This document shows, piece by piece, positions 1 through 8,802 of a stretch of 64,000 nucleotides of DNA. The stretch lies in IMG/VR virus record IMGVR_UViG_3300042876_000250, positions 417 to 64,416 of that record; one strand, written 5' to 3'. The position numbers were made by a program, and so were the translations under genes. Origin of the DNA: a virus. Its lineage: Duplodnaviria > Caudoviricetes. Under the pieces are notes generated by a model. The model saw only the letters and a program-made list of their open reading frames with translations. It searched no databases and had not been told where the DNA came from. Each line of letters begins with the position of its first letter. The first letter of the stretch is position 1.

Positions 1-48
1 CCGTAGAAGTGGTCGGCGTCGTGGTCTTGGAACCAGAGAGAGTCGCCC
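1..48. repeat. Terminal direct repeat, identical to 63953-64000 (circular assembly overlap)
   Basis: ccgtagaagt...gagtcgccc is identical at both ends of the window. Confidence 0.97.
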
Positions 49-134
49 GTGGCTTGGTGCGTGACCTCGTAGGCCCAGCCGTTGCCGTGGCTTGTGATGT
101 GGAATCGCCCGGTGGGCGTGGTGAATTGCAGCAT
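1..134 (-). CDS. 5' part of a 65-aa acidic hypothetical protein that spans the circular junction (continues to 63889)
   Basis: ATG at 134 with GGAGAA SD; MLQFTTPTGRFHITSHGNGWAYEV... continues in frame into 63952-63889. Confidence 0.8.
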   Translation of the reverse strand, partial: MLQFTTPTGRFHITSHGNGWAYEVTHQATGDSLWFQDHDADHFY

Positions 135-204
135 GGTGCGTTCTCCAAAGGTTGTCGGGCAGGATTGCCCCCTCAGCCCTGCACGCAAGGCTGAGAGAGT
201 TTCC

Positions 205-387
205 TCAAGAGTTGATGGCGCGGGCGTAGAGCGCTCGCTTGAACTCGAACTTGGCGTGCTCGAAGTTGAAGCTGCGGTTGAACTGGCGCTCGCGCTCCCT
301 GCGTTCGGCTTGTTCTTTGGCGGCTTCGGCATCGCCTTGGGCAATCCACTCGGCGAGTTCTTGGCATGTGCTGGGGAGTTTGTTCAT
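205..387 (-). CDS. Hypothetical early protein, 60 aa
   Basis: GGAGAACACACC-ATG start, helical charged sequence. Confidence 0.8.
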   Translation of the reverse strand: MNKLPSTCQELAEWIAQGDAEAAKEQAERRERERQFNRSFNFEHAKFEFKRALYARAINS

Positions 388-510
388 GGTGTGTTCTCCA
401 AAAGAAAGAGTCTTGCTCAGACTCGGGTTGACAGGAAAGGAAATAGCGGCCGGGCCTCACGCCCTGCGCCGCCAGGAAAAAGTGAGTGTGCACTCACTCC
501 ACGGGAAAAA

Positions 511-535
511 ACTCGCTGACAGGTTGTCAGCAACT
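511..535. promoter_or_regulatory. 25-bp palindromic motif, copy 1 (ACTCGCTGACA-GGT-TGTCAGCAACT)
   Basis: One of six copies, all in the early region. Confidence 0.7.
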
Positions 536-927
536 TACAGGGCAGCAAGCTGGGCCTTGAAGCTGCGCTTCTCACCGGCAGACAGCTTCGCGTAGTCGGC
601 CAGCAGCTTGGCCACGAGGTCGGCCTTGGCTTTGGTCTTGGCCTTGGCGGGCTTGGTGTCCACGCTCGGGAAGCACACGGCCAGCACGCGGTACATGGCG
701 CGCTCGGCGTCAGAGTTACGCGGCAGCATGTCACCGCGCTGGCCCTGGGTGATGGCGGCCTTGTACTTCTTGCTGGCCCACTCCATCGCCAGTGGCTTGG
801 CCGTGGCTTTGTCGCCGATGCCCAGCTTCAACAGGCGCTCGGTGAAACTCGCTGACGTGTTGTCAGCATCGTTGAAGACGGCGAAGGCAGCGGCTTTGGT
901 GGCGGCAGTGAGTTTGAATTGAGACAT
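535..927 (-). CDS. Ala/Lys-rich hypothetical protein, probably the first early gene
   Basis: GGAGAACCACC-ATG start; upstream TACAAT -10 at 988-993 on the - strand. Confidence 0.85.
   Translation of the reverse strand: MSQFKLTAATKAAAFAVFNDADNTSASFTERLLKLGIGDKATAKPLAMEWASKKYKAAITQGQRGDMLPRNSDAERAMYRVLAVCFPSVDTKPAKAKTKAKADLVAKLLADYAKLSAGEKRSFKAQLAAL
847..871. promoter_or_regulatory. 25-bp palindromic motif, copy 2 (inside CDS)
   Basis: ACTCGCTGACG-TGT-TGTCAGCATCG. Confidence 0.6.
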
Positions 928-1292
928 GGTGGTTCTCCAGTAGTGAGGTTGAGTATCGGCAGGGCGAACTCCCTAACCGATGACTCTATTGTACCTAAAC
1001 ACGTTTCAGAGCAGCCCTGGCAGCGGCTGGCGGCGAATGCTTTTGGCTACACATCGACCCCACCGTGGGGTGGGAACCCCTTTTTGGGCGTGCGGCGGCG
1101 TCATTACATGAACACTGTTCCACACCCGCTCCCACAACTTTGTAAAACGTTTGCCCAAACAACTCGCCCAGAGCTAAACATCCTACCAAAGGGCGTCTAT
1201 ATAAAAATTAGGGAAGTTATCGCCGGACGATAACTTTGCCCTGGCTCCAAATTTTTCAAAAAATTTTGGAAAACCTGTGTCAAACGCTGGCC

Positions 1293-1327
1293 AAAGAAAA
1301 GGCCCGGGTGTTTTCACACGCCGGGCC
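1293..1327 (-). terminator. Rho-independent terminator
   Basis: GGCCCGG(C)GTGT-GAAA-ACAC-CCGGGCC stem followed by TTTTCTTT on the - strand. Confidence 0.75.
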
Positions 1328-1394
1328 CAACACCTTCAACCAACAAGGAAAGCAAAATGAAACAAGGAGGAGCAGTTGCTTGCACAACGGCTCG
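1293..1394 (-). ncRNA. Candidate ~100-nt small antisense RNA
   Basis: TTGATA-18-TACACT promoter (1429-1400), 5' hairpin 1370-1393, anti-SD/anti-ATG core, intrinsic terminator 1293-1327. Confidence 0.5.
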
Positions 1395-1409
1395 ATGAAA
1401 GTGTACATT
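1380..1409 (+). promoter_or_regulatory. Sigma70-like promoter for the packaging/late operon
   Basis: TTGCAC-18-TACATT about 45 nt upstream of the 1453 start; overlaps the divergent - strand promoter. Confidence 0.55.
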
Positions 1410-1452
1410 ACGCCCCAACGAGGTATCAAGGGGGCAACCCCAGCCTGCGCAT

Positions 1453-2064
1453 ATGTTTGAACACTTGGTGCAATTCGAGCCGGAAGTCACACCGCCCGGA
1501 AAACTGACCACGCTGGAAAACGCGGGGCCGGAACAACTGTTGGCTGCCCAGACTGCCACGGCATCCTGGCTGGAAGAGATTGGTGCACCGCCAGACGAGG
1601 CGGTCGAGTTGGAAGTGGAGAAGTCCCGCGCCCGCACGGCGTTCTCCGCGCTCACCACAAACACCAACACGCTCGACCAGAAGGCCGCGCTCGTCACCCT
1701 CAAGACCCCCGAAGCTGTCCGGCACCTTACAGGCATGCTCACGGCCTACGACTGGGAGTTTGTCGAGCAGGCCAAGGAGCTGCGCGGGTACACGGTCGCC
1801 AAGATCGTGGAGGAAACCACCAACCCGAACCCCAACATCCGCCTCAAAGCGCTTCAGCTTCTGGGCAAGGTCACAGAAGTGGGCCTCTTCACCGAGAAGA
1901 TCGAGGTCAAGCAAGCTCCCGCCAGCGACGCGGAGCTGGACGCCCGCATCAAAGAGAAGCTGGGCAAGTTCATGGGTGTGGTTGATGTAATCGACATCAG
2001 TCAGCGGGAAGAAACCATCGAAAACGCTGAAGAAAAGCCCGCCCAAGAGGGCAGCGCCGAGTGA
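1453..2064 (+). CDS. Putative terminase small subunit
   Basis: Directly upstream of terL and coupled to it (GTGA overlap); size and helical content fit. Confidence 0.6.
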   Translation: MFEHLVQFEPEVTPPGKLTTLENAGPEQLLAAQTATASWLEEIGAPPDEAVELEVEKSRARTAFSALTTNTNTLDQKAALVTLKTPEAVRHLTGMLTAYDWEFVEQAKELRGYTVAKIVEETTNPNPNIRLKALQLLGKVTEVGLFTEKIEVKQAPASDAELDARIKEKLGKFMGVVDVIDISQREETIENAEEKPAQEGSAE

Positions 2065-3593
2065 AAACCCTAACTTCGTTGACGAAGTTGGAGCTTGAGG
2101 CGCTCCAGAAGGCCCTGCCGCTGATGTCAGCGCAGGAAAAGGCCGAGCTGCTGGCTGATCTTGAGGAGCGGGAAAAGCGCACGCGTCTGGCAGCAGCCCA
2201 GGACAACATGCTCGGGTTCGCCAGCGCGGTGTACCCAGGCTTCAAGATCGGGCCGCACCACAAAAAGCTGGCCAAAATATTCACGGACGTGATCGAGGGG
2301 CGCAAAAAGCGCGTCATCATCAACATCGCCCCGCGTATGGGGAAGTCCGAGTTCTCCAGCTACCTGTTCCCGGCGTATTTCTTGGGCAAATACCCCGAGA
2401 AGAAGATCATCATGGGCACGCACACGGCGGGCCTGTCGGAGGACTTCGGCCGCAGGATCAGAAACCTGCTGGACACGGAGGAGTACCGCGAGATTTTCCC
2501 CGCCACGGTGGTGGCAGACGACCAGAAAGCTGCGGGCAAGTGGTCTACGAGCGTCGGCGGCCAGTATTACGCAGCCGGTGTGGGCGGCGCGCTGGCCGGA
2601 CGGGGTGCTGACCTGTTCGTGATTGACGATCCGCACTCCGAGCAGGACGTAAAAACCAACAGCCGACTGGCATTCGACACCGCGTGGTCGTGGTTCCAGA
2701 CGGGCCCGCTTCAGCGCTTGATGCCGGGCGGCGCGATCATAATCATCATGACGCGCTGGTCGCTGCTCGACCTCACCGGCCGTCTCATCGACTACCAGAC
2801 AAAGAACCCGGACTCAATCCCGTGGGAGATTGTTGAACTCCCGGCGATCCTCCATGAGGACACGCCCAACGAGAAGTCCCTCTGGCCGGAGCAGTGGCCG
2901 CTGGCCTCGCTCAAGGCAACCAAGGCCTCGCTCGACCCGAAGTACTGGAACGCCCAGTACATGCAGCAGCCCACTTCCGACAGCTCGGCGGTCATCAGCA
3001 GGAAGAGCTGGCGTATTTGGGAAGGCGAGAACCCACCGCCGTGCGACTACGTGATTCAGTCCTGGGATACGGCCTTTGAGACCAAGAACTCCTCCGACTA
3101 CAGCGCCTGCACCACCTGGGGCGTGTTCTACAACGAGGAGGAGGGCAACAGCCCGCAGGTCATCCTGCTCGACGCGTTCAAGGACAGGATGGCGTTCCCA
3201 GAACTCAAGCAAATCGCGCTCAAGCACTACAAAGAGTGGGAGCCAGACGCGTTCATCGTGGAGAAGAAGGCGGCCGGTGCACCCTTGATCCAAGAGCTGC
3301 GTCAGATGGGCATCCCGGTTCAGGAGTTTTCACCGAGCCGGGGAAATGACAAAATGGTGCGGGTTAACGCCGTGGCCGATTTGTTTTCCTCCGGAAAAGT
3401 ATGGGCCCCGGATACGCGCTGGGCCCGGGAAGTCATCGAAGAAATCGCCGCGTTCCCCGTCGGAGAGCACGACGACTATGTGGACACGACAACTCAGGCG
3501 CTGCTGCGCTATCGCCAAGGGGGGTTCATCGCGCTGGACAGCGACGAGCCCGAGGACAGGTTTTTCCAGCGTCGCAGGGCGGCGTACTACTGA
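2061..3593 (+). CDS. terL: Terminase large subunit
   Basis: Walker A NIAPRMGKSE, Walker B LFVIDDPH, nuclease motifs QSWDTA and HDDYVD. Confidence 0.95.
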   Translation: MKTLTSLTKLELEALQKALPLMSAQEKAELLADLEEREKRTRLAAAQDNMLGFASAVYPGFKIGPHHKKLAKIFTDVIEGRKKRVIINIAPRMGKSEFSSYLFPAYFLGKYPEKKIIMGTHTAGLSEDFGRRIRNLLDTEEYREIFPATVVADDQKAAGKWSTSVGGQYYAAGVGGALAGRGADLFVIDDPHSEQDVKTNSRLAFDTAWSWFQTGPLQRLMPGGAIIIIMTRWSLLDLTGRLIDYQTKNPDSIPWEIVELPAILHEDTPNEKSLWPEQWPLASLKATKASLDPKYWNAQYMQQPTSDSSAVISRKSWRIWEGENPPPCDYVIQSWDTAFETKNSSDYSACTTWGVFYNEEEGNSPQVILLDAFKDRMAFPELKQIALKHYKEWEPDAFIVEKKAAGAPLIQELRQMGIPVQEFSPSRGNDKMVRVNAVADLFSSGKVWAPDTRWAREVIEEIAAFPVGEHDDYVDTTTQALLRYRQGGFIALDSDEPEDRFFQRRRAAYY

Positions 3594-3612
3594 GTTTTGA
3601 AAAGGATCGCGC

Positions 3613-6129
3613 ATGGCCACGAATATCGACAAAGCCCTCTTTCAAGCCCCGCAAGGCATTGATGCCGCAGGCGCGGACGAGGAGGCCCTGGAGATTGAGA
3701 TCGTTGACCCGGAGGAGGTGAACATCCACGCCGACGGCCTGGACATCTCGATCACCAAAGAAGAGCCCACGCTCGATGATTTCGACTCCAACCTCGCCGA
3801 GTACCTAGACGAAGGCGTGATGTCTTCGCAAGTCTCGGAGTTGGCCAGCGCCATCGACAACGACAAGAACTCCCGCAAGGACTGGGAGAAGGCTTATGTT
3901 ACAGGTCTGAAACTTTTGGGTTTACAGATTGAAGAGCGCACGGAGCCGTGGGACGGCGCGTCGGGTGTCTTTCATCCCATGATTACCGAGGCGGTGGTCA
4001 AGTTCCAGTCGGAGACCATCACCGAGACGTTCCCGGCCCAGGGCCCGGTGAAAACCAAGATCGTCGGCCGCCAGACTCCGGCCAAGCAAGAAGCCGCTGT
4101 TCGGGTGCAGGAGGACATGAACTTCCAGCTCACCGAGAAGATGCAGGAGTTCCGCCCCGAGCATGAGCGCATGCTGTGGTCGCTGCCTGCCACCGGCAGC
4201 GCCTTCAAGAAGGTGTACTACGACCCGAACCTGGGTCGTCAGGTCTCCATCTTCATCCCGGCCGAGGACATCATCCTGCCCTACGGCACCTCGGACATCC
4301 AGACTGCGCACCGCGTCTCGCACGTCATGCGTAAGACCGAGGACGAGATCAAGAAGCTCCAGATGCAGGGCTTCTACCGCGATGTGGACATCGGCTCGCC
4401 CGAGAAGAACATCGACGACATCAACCGCGCCAAGGACAAAGAGACCGGGTTCACCGACCTCAACGACGACAGGTACACCCTGATCGAGTCGCACGCCGAC
4501 CTCGTGCTGGAGGACGACCCGTACTGCGTGCGGGACGAAGAAGGCGAGCCTGCTGGCATCGCGCTGCCGTACGTGGTCACGTACATCAAGGGCACGAACA
4601 CGGTGCTGGCCATCCGCCGTAACTGGCGGGAGGATGACGAGCTGCACCTCAAGCGCCAGCACTTCGTCCACTACCAGTACATCCCGGGCTTCGGTGCCTA
4701 CGGCTTCGGCCTGTTCCACCTGATCGGTGGCTTTGCCAACTCGGCAACCAGCCTGATGCGCCAGCTCATCGACGCGGGCACGCTGTCGAACCTGCCCGGT
4801 GGCCTCAAGAGCCGGGGCCTGCGTATCAAGGGCGACGACACGCCGATTGCTCCGGGCGAGTTCCGCGACGTGGACATCGGCTCGGGCAGCCTGCGCGACA
4901 ACATCCTGCCGCTGCCGTACAAAGAGCCCTCGGCCACCCTGTTCAACCTGCTCCAGACTGTGGTGGAGGAGGGTCGCCGGTTCGCCGCCACGGCGGACAT
5001 GAAGGTCTCGGACATGTCGGCCCAGGCCCCGGTGGGAACGACCCTGGCCCTGCTGGAGCGCCAGCTCAAAGTCCTCACCGCCGTCCAGGCCCGGGTGCAC
5101 TACTCCCTCAAGCAGGAGCTTCAGCTCCTCAAGGCAATCATCCGCGACTACACGGACGACGAGTACAGCTACGAGCCCGACGCCAACAAGGACGAGGGCG
5201 ACCTGCGCCGGGTCAAGAAGTCGGACTACGACATCGTTGAGGTCATCCCGGTCAGCGATCCGAACGCCGCCACCCTCTCCCAGCGTCTGGTGCAGTACCA
5301 AGCGGTCATCCAGCTTTCGCAGACGGCCCCGGACATCTACAACCTGCCGCAGCTCCACCGGGGCATGCTGGAGGTTCTAGGCATCCGCAACGCTGACAAG
5401 CTGGTGCCGCTGCCCGACGACCAGAAGCCCAAAGACCCGGTGTCTGAGAACGTGGCGGCCCTCAAGGGCGAACCGCTCAAGGCGTTCCAGTACCAAGATC
5501 ACGAGTCCCACATCAAGGTGCACACCGCCGCGATGCAAGACCCGATCATCATGCAGCTTGTGGGACAGAACCCCCGCGCCCCGCAGATTCAGGCTGCCAT
5601 GATGGCGCACATTGCCGAGCACGTCGGCTTTGCCTACCGCCAGAAGATTGAGCAGCAACTGGGCATGGCCCTGCCGCCCGACGACGAGAAGCTGCCCCCG
5701 CAGATCGAGCTGTCGCTCTCGCAGATGATGGCTCAGGCTGCGCAGCAGGTGCTCCAGCAGTCGCAGACCATGGCGGCCCAGCAGCAGGCACAGCAGCAAG
5801 CCCAAGACCCGGTGCTCCAGATGCAGCAGCAAGAGTTGCAGCTCAAGCAGCAGGAGCTTCAGATCAAGGCGCAGAAGCTGCAACTGGACTCCCAGGCCAT
5901 GCAGCAGGACATGGCGCTCAAGGACAAGCAGATGCAGGTCAACGCGGCGACCAAGGCCGACGAGATCGCACTGAAAGAAAAAGCCCTCCAAGTGGACGCG
6001 GCCTACAAGGCTGACCAACTGGCCGCGCAGCAAGAACGCGAAGGTACCCGCATGGGTATCGACATTGCGAAGGCGAAAGCCGCTGAACGTGCGAGAGCAC
6101 AAAACCCCGGAGGTAAGTCCAACAAATGA
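3613..6129 (+). CDS. Portal protein (P22-like) with long Gln-rich C-terminal coiled coil
   Basis: Follows terL, 838 aa, KKVYYD and YGFGLFHLIGG motifs, Q-rich C-terminal helix. Confidence 0.9.
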   Translation: MATNIDKALFQAPQGIDAAGADEEALEIEIVDPEEVNIHADGLDISITKEEPTLDDFDSNLAEYLDEGVMSSQVSELASAIDNDKNSRKDWEKAYVTGLKLLGLQIEERTEPWDGASGVFHPMITEAVVKFQSETITETFPAQGPVKTKIVGRQTPAKQEAAVRVQEDMNFQLTEKMQEFRPEHERMLWSLPATGSAFKKVYYDPNLGRQVSIFIPAEDIILPYGTSDIQTAHRVSHVMRKTEDEIKKLQMQGFYRDVDIGSPEKNIDDINRAKDKETGFTDLNDDRYTLIESHADLVLEDDPYCVRDEEGEPAGIALPYVVTYIKGTNTVLAIRRNWREDDELHLKRQHFVHYQYIPGFGAYGFGLFHLIGGFANSATSLMRQLIDAGTLSNLPGGLKSRGLRIKGDDTPIAPGEFRDVDIGSGSLRDNILPLPYKEPSATLFNLLQTVVEEGRRFAATADMKVSDMSAQAPVGTTLALLERQLKVLTAVQARVHYSLKQELQLLKAIIRDYTDDEYSYEPDANKDEGDLRRVKKSDYDIVEVIPVSDPNAATLSQRLVQYQAVIQLSQTAPDIYNLPQLHRGMLEVLGIRNADKLVPLPDDQKPKDPVSENVAALKGEPLKAFQYQDHESHIKVHTAAMQDPIIMQLVGQNPRAPQIQAAMMAHIAEHVGFAYRQKIEQQLGMALPPDDEKLPPQIELSLSQMMAQAAQQVLQQSQTMAAQQQAQQQAQDPVLQMQQQELQLKQQELQIKAQKLQLDSQAMQQDMALKDKQMQVNAATKADEIALKEKALQVDAAYKADQLAAQQEREGTRMGIDIAKAKAAERARAQNPGGKSNK

Positions 6130-6320
6130 TCCATGAGTTCGCACGCGTACTGCGCGAGAAGCTACGCACCGACATGAACAACTACGCCGATGACATGGCT
6201 GGGGGTTCGTGCCGCTCTTTTGACGAATACCAAAAACTCTGCGGTGTGATCCAAGGTCTCGCCATCGCGGAGCGTTATCTCCTCGACCTTGCAGAGAAAG
6301 TAGAGAAATCCGATGAGTGA
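6126..6320 (+). CDS. Small conserved phage protein
   Basis: ATGA-coupled to the portal; EYQKLCGVIQGL motif of the kind seen in post-portal ORFs. Confidence 0.8.
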   Translation: MIHEFARVLREKLRTDMNNYADDMAGGSCRSFDEYQKLCGVIQGLAIAERYLLDLAEKVEKSDE

Positions 6321-6747
6321 ATCTGGCCTGATTCTTCCCCCGGGCGTGTCCATGCCTGCGACCATTCAACCCAAAGACACCCAGGACGAGAGCATTCCTG
6401 CGGAGCAGAAGGCGACCTCGCTGCCTGACCCGACTGGCTGGAAGCTCCTGTGCATCGTGCCGGACGTGTCTGACACGTTCGAGAACTCCAGCATCGTGAA
6501 AGCCGAGAGCTTCATGAAGCAGGAGGAGCACGCGACCACCGTGCTGTTCGTGCTCAAGGTTGGCCCCGACGCATACAAAGACCCGGCCAAGTTCCCCAAC
6601 GGTGCTTGGTGCAAAGAAGGCGACTTCATTCTCACCCGTACCTATTCTGGTACGCGTTTCAAAATCTTCGGGAAGGAGTTCCGTCTCCTGAACGACGACC
6701 AAGTGGACGCTGTTGTCCAAGACCCTCGCGGCATCACCCGCGCCTAA
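6313..6747 (+). CDS. groES: GroES/Cpn10-like co-chaperonin
   Basis: PTGWKLL..., VLKVGPDAY, WCKEGDFIL..YSGTRF, FRLLNDDQVDAVV match the Cpn10 pattern. Confidence 0.85.
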   Translation: MSESGLILPPGVSMPATIQPKDTQDESIPAEQKATSLPDPTGWKLLCIVPDVSDTFENSSIVKAESFMKQEEHATTVLFVLKVGPDAYKDPAKFPNGAWCKEGDFILTRTYSGTRFKIFGKEFRLLNDDQVDAVVQDPRGITRA

Positions 6748-6759
6748 ATAGGAGTAAGC

Positions 6760-7737
6760 ATGTCAGGATTTAAGTTCCCCGACGAACAGGATGACGACAA
6801 ACAAGTCGTTGATTCCACCGAGGACAACGAGGTCAAGATCACCGCTGACGCGGATGACGACGTTGAAATCGAGATCGTTGACGATACCCCCGAGCGGGAT
6901 CGTGGTCGCAAACCCCTTGAGCGGGAGGTTGCCGACCCCACGGACGATGAAATCGACAACTACTCCGAAGGCGTCAAGAAGCGCATCAAGGAGCTGACCC
7001 ACGCCCGTCACGACGAGCGCCGGGCCAAAGAAGCCTTGCTGCGTGAAAAGCAGGAGCTGGAGCGTCTTGCACAGCACATGGTTGAGGAGAACAAGAAACT
7101 CAAGCAGTATGTGCAGACCGGCACGGAGCACTACGTTGCGTCCCAGGTTCAGGTTGCTGAGTCGGAGGTCGAGAAGGCCAAGCAGCAACTGAAACAGGCC
7201 ACCGAGGCGTTTGATACTGAGGCCATCATTGCGGCCCAGGAAGCGCTGATGGAGGCGAAACTGAAGGTGCAGCAGGCGCGTTCTTTCCGCCCTGCCCCTT
7301 TACAAGAAGAAAGAGTTGAGGTACAAATTCCTCAACAGCAAGTATCTCAACAGTCGCTGGACGAGAAAACCCTGAACTGGCAGGCACGGAACCAGTGGTT
7401 TGGCGCGTCGGGATACGAGGAACTTACCAGCTTCGCACTGGGGCTGCATCAAAAACTGGTGAACTCGGGGGTTGACCCCCGCTCCGATGAGTACTTCGAG
7501 AGAATCGACTCTCGCATGAAGGACAAGTTTCCCGAAGTTTTCGGGGAATCGCAGTCCAAGCCGAAATCCGGCGATGGCTCCAAGAGGCCTACGACGGTTG
7601 TGGCTCCGGCGACTCGTTCGACGGGCGCAAAGAAAATCCAACTGACTCCGACGCAGATCGCGTTGGCAAAGAAGTTCGGACTGACTCCGCAGCAATATGC
7701 GGCCCAAGTAGCAAAACTGGAGAAATCGAATGGCTGA
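6760..7737 (+). CDS. Capsid scaffolding protein
   Basis: Acidic N-terminus, coiled coil, C-terminal LTPTQIALAKKFGLTPQQYA; lies before the capsid genes. Confidence 0.75.
   Translation: MSGFKFPDEQDDDKQVVDSTEDNEVKITADADDDVEIEIVDDTPERDRGRKPLEREVADPTDDEIDNYSEGVKKRIKELTHARHDERRAKEALLREKQELERLAQHMVEENKKLKQYVQTGTEHYVASQVQVAESEVEKAKQQLKQATEAFDTEAIIAAQEALMEAKLKVQQARSFRPAPLQEERVEVQIPQQQVSQQSLDEKTLNWQARNQWFGASGYEELTSFALGLHQKLVNSGVDPRSDEYFERIDSRMKDKFPEVFGESQSKPKSGDGSKRPTTVVAPATRSTGAKKIQLTPTQIALAKKFGLTPQQYAAQVAKLEKSNG
7299..7327 (+). promoter_or_regulatory. Internal sigma70-like promoter upstream of the capsid genes
   Basis: TTTACA-17-TACAAA in an AT-rich patch inside the scaffold gene. Confidence 0.45.
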
Positions 7738-8185
7738 AACCCAAAACCGGAATCCTCGTGAGTTGACCTCACGCGAAAAGACTGCCCGTGCGGTGTATGT
7801 CCCGCCGAGCGCACTGCCCGATCCGACCCCCGAGCCGGGGTATGTGTACCGCTGGATTGCGACGCACATTCTTGGCGAGGCCCAGAACGTCAACGTGTCC
7901 AACAAGATGCGTGAAGGCTGGGAGCCGGTGAAGGCTGTTGACCATCCTGAGCTGATGCTGGAAGGCAATGCCAAAACTGGCAACGTGGAAATTGGCGGTC
8001 TCATGCTTTGCAAGATGCCCGTCGAACGCGCCCGTGCCCGTGACGAGTATTACGCCAACCAAGCTCGTGCGCAGATGGAGTCTGTGGACAACAACTTCCT
8101 GCGAAACAACGACCCGCGCATGCCGCTGTTCTCGGAGAGGAAATCTTCGGCCAGCCGTGGCGGATTTGGTTCTGGTTCCAAGTAA
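7730..8185 (+). CDS. Conserved head-module protein
   Basis: GYVYRWI, MREGWEPVK and GGLMLCKMP motifs; coupled to the scaffold gene. Confidence 0.8.
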   Translation: MAETQNRNPRELTSREKTARAVYVPPSALPDPTPEPGYVYRWIATHILGEAQNVNVSNKMREGWEPVKAVDHPELMLEGNAKTGNVEIGGLMLCKMPVERARARDEYYANQARAQMESVDNNFLRNNDPRMPLFSERKSSASRGGFGSGSK

Positions 8186-8201
8186 CTTTAGGAGGCCTTA
8201 A

Positions 8202-8789
8202 ATGGCAACTACCGCTTCCCCCTACGGCCTGCGTGCCGTGAATGAGCTTGGGGGTCTGCCGTATGCTGGCAGCACCCGCACGTTCCTCATTGATCCCGCT
8301 GGCACCACCGGCTCGATCTTCAATGGCACTGTTGTCGGCATCGACAGCAACGGCTACATCAAGGCTGTGGACACCACTGGCGAAGATGGCACCACCAACG
8401 CGCTCAACGCCGTGGGTGTGTTCGTCGGCTGCTCGTACGTCAACGCCCAAGGCCAGCAAATCTGGTCGCAGTACTACCCCACGGGTGTGACTGGCGTGAT
8501 TACGGCTTCCGTCATCGACGACGACCGTGCCGTGTTCCAAGTCCAGGCCGCTGGCGTCATCAGCCAGAACGAGCTGGGCAAGAACGTGTACTTCTCGTCC
8601 GCCAGCCAAACTGGTTCGACCACCACTGGCAACTCCAACAACGCCGTCGTGGCCGTCTCTGTGGCGACCGCTGCCGCGTTCAAGATCATTGGTTTTGCCT
8701 CCGGCCCCGGCGACGCCTACACGGACGTGCTGGTGAAGTTCAACCCTGGTCAGCACGTGTACAACACGGCTACCTACACCGCTGTTTAA
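8202..8789 (+). CDS. Putative capsid decoration/cement protein
   Basis: AGGAGG SD; beta-rich, directly upstream of the major capsid gene. Confidence 0.65.
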   Translation: MATTASPYGLRAVNELGGLPYAGSTRTFLIDPAGTTGSIFNGTVVGIDSNGYIKAVDTTGEDGTTNALNAVGVFVGCSYVNAQGQQIWSQYYPTGVTGVITASVIDDDRAVFQVQAAGVISQNELGKNVYFSSASQTGSTTTGNSNNAVVAVSVATAAAFKIIGFASGPGDAYTDVLVKFNPGQHVYNTATYTAV

Positions 8790-8802
8790 GGAGTCCTGAA
8801 AA

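Noticed and set aside
3340-3935. AT-rich patches in terL (3340-3420) and portal (3895-3935) as overprinted genes
   Set aside because: The patches are short and do not track an SD-led alternative ORF; internal promoters or chance explain them equally well.
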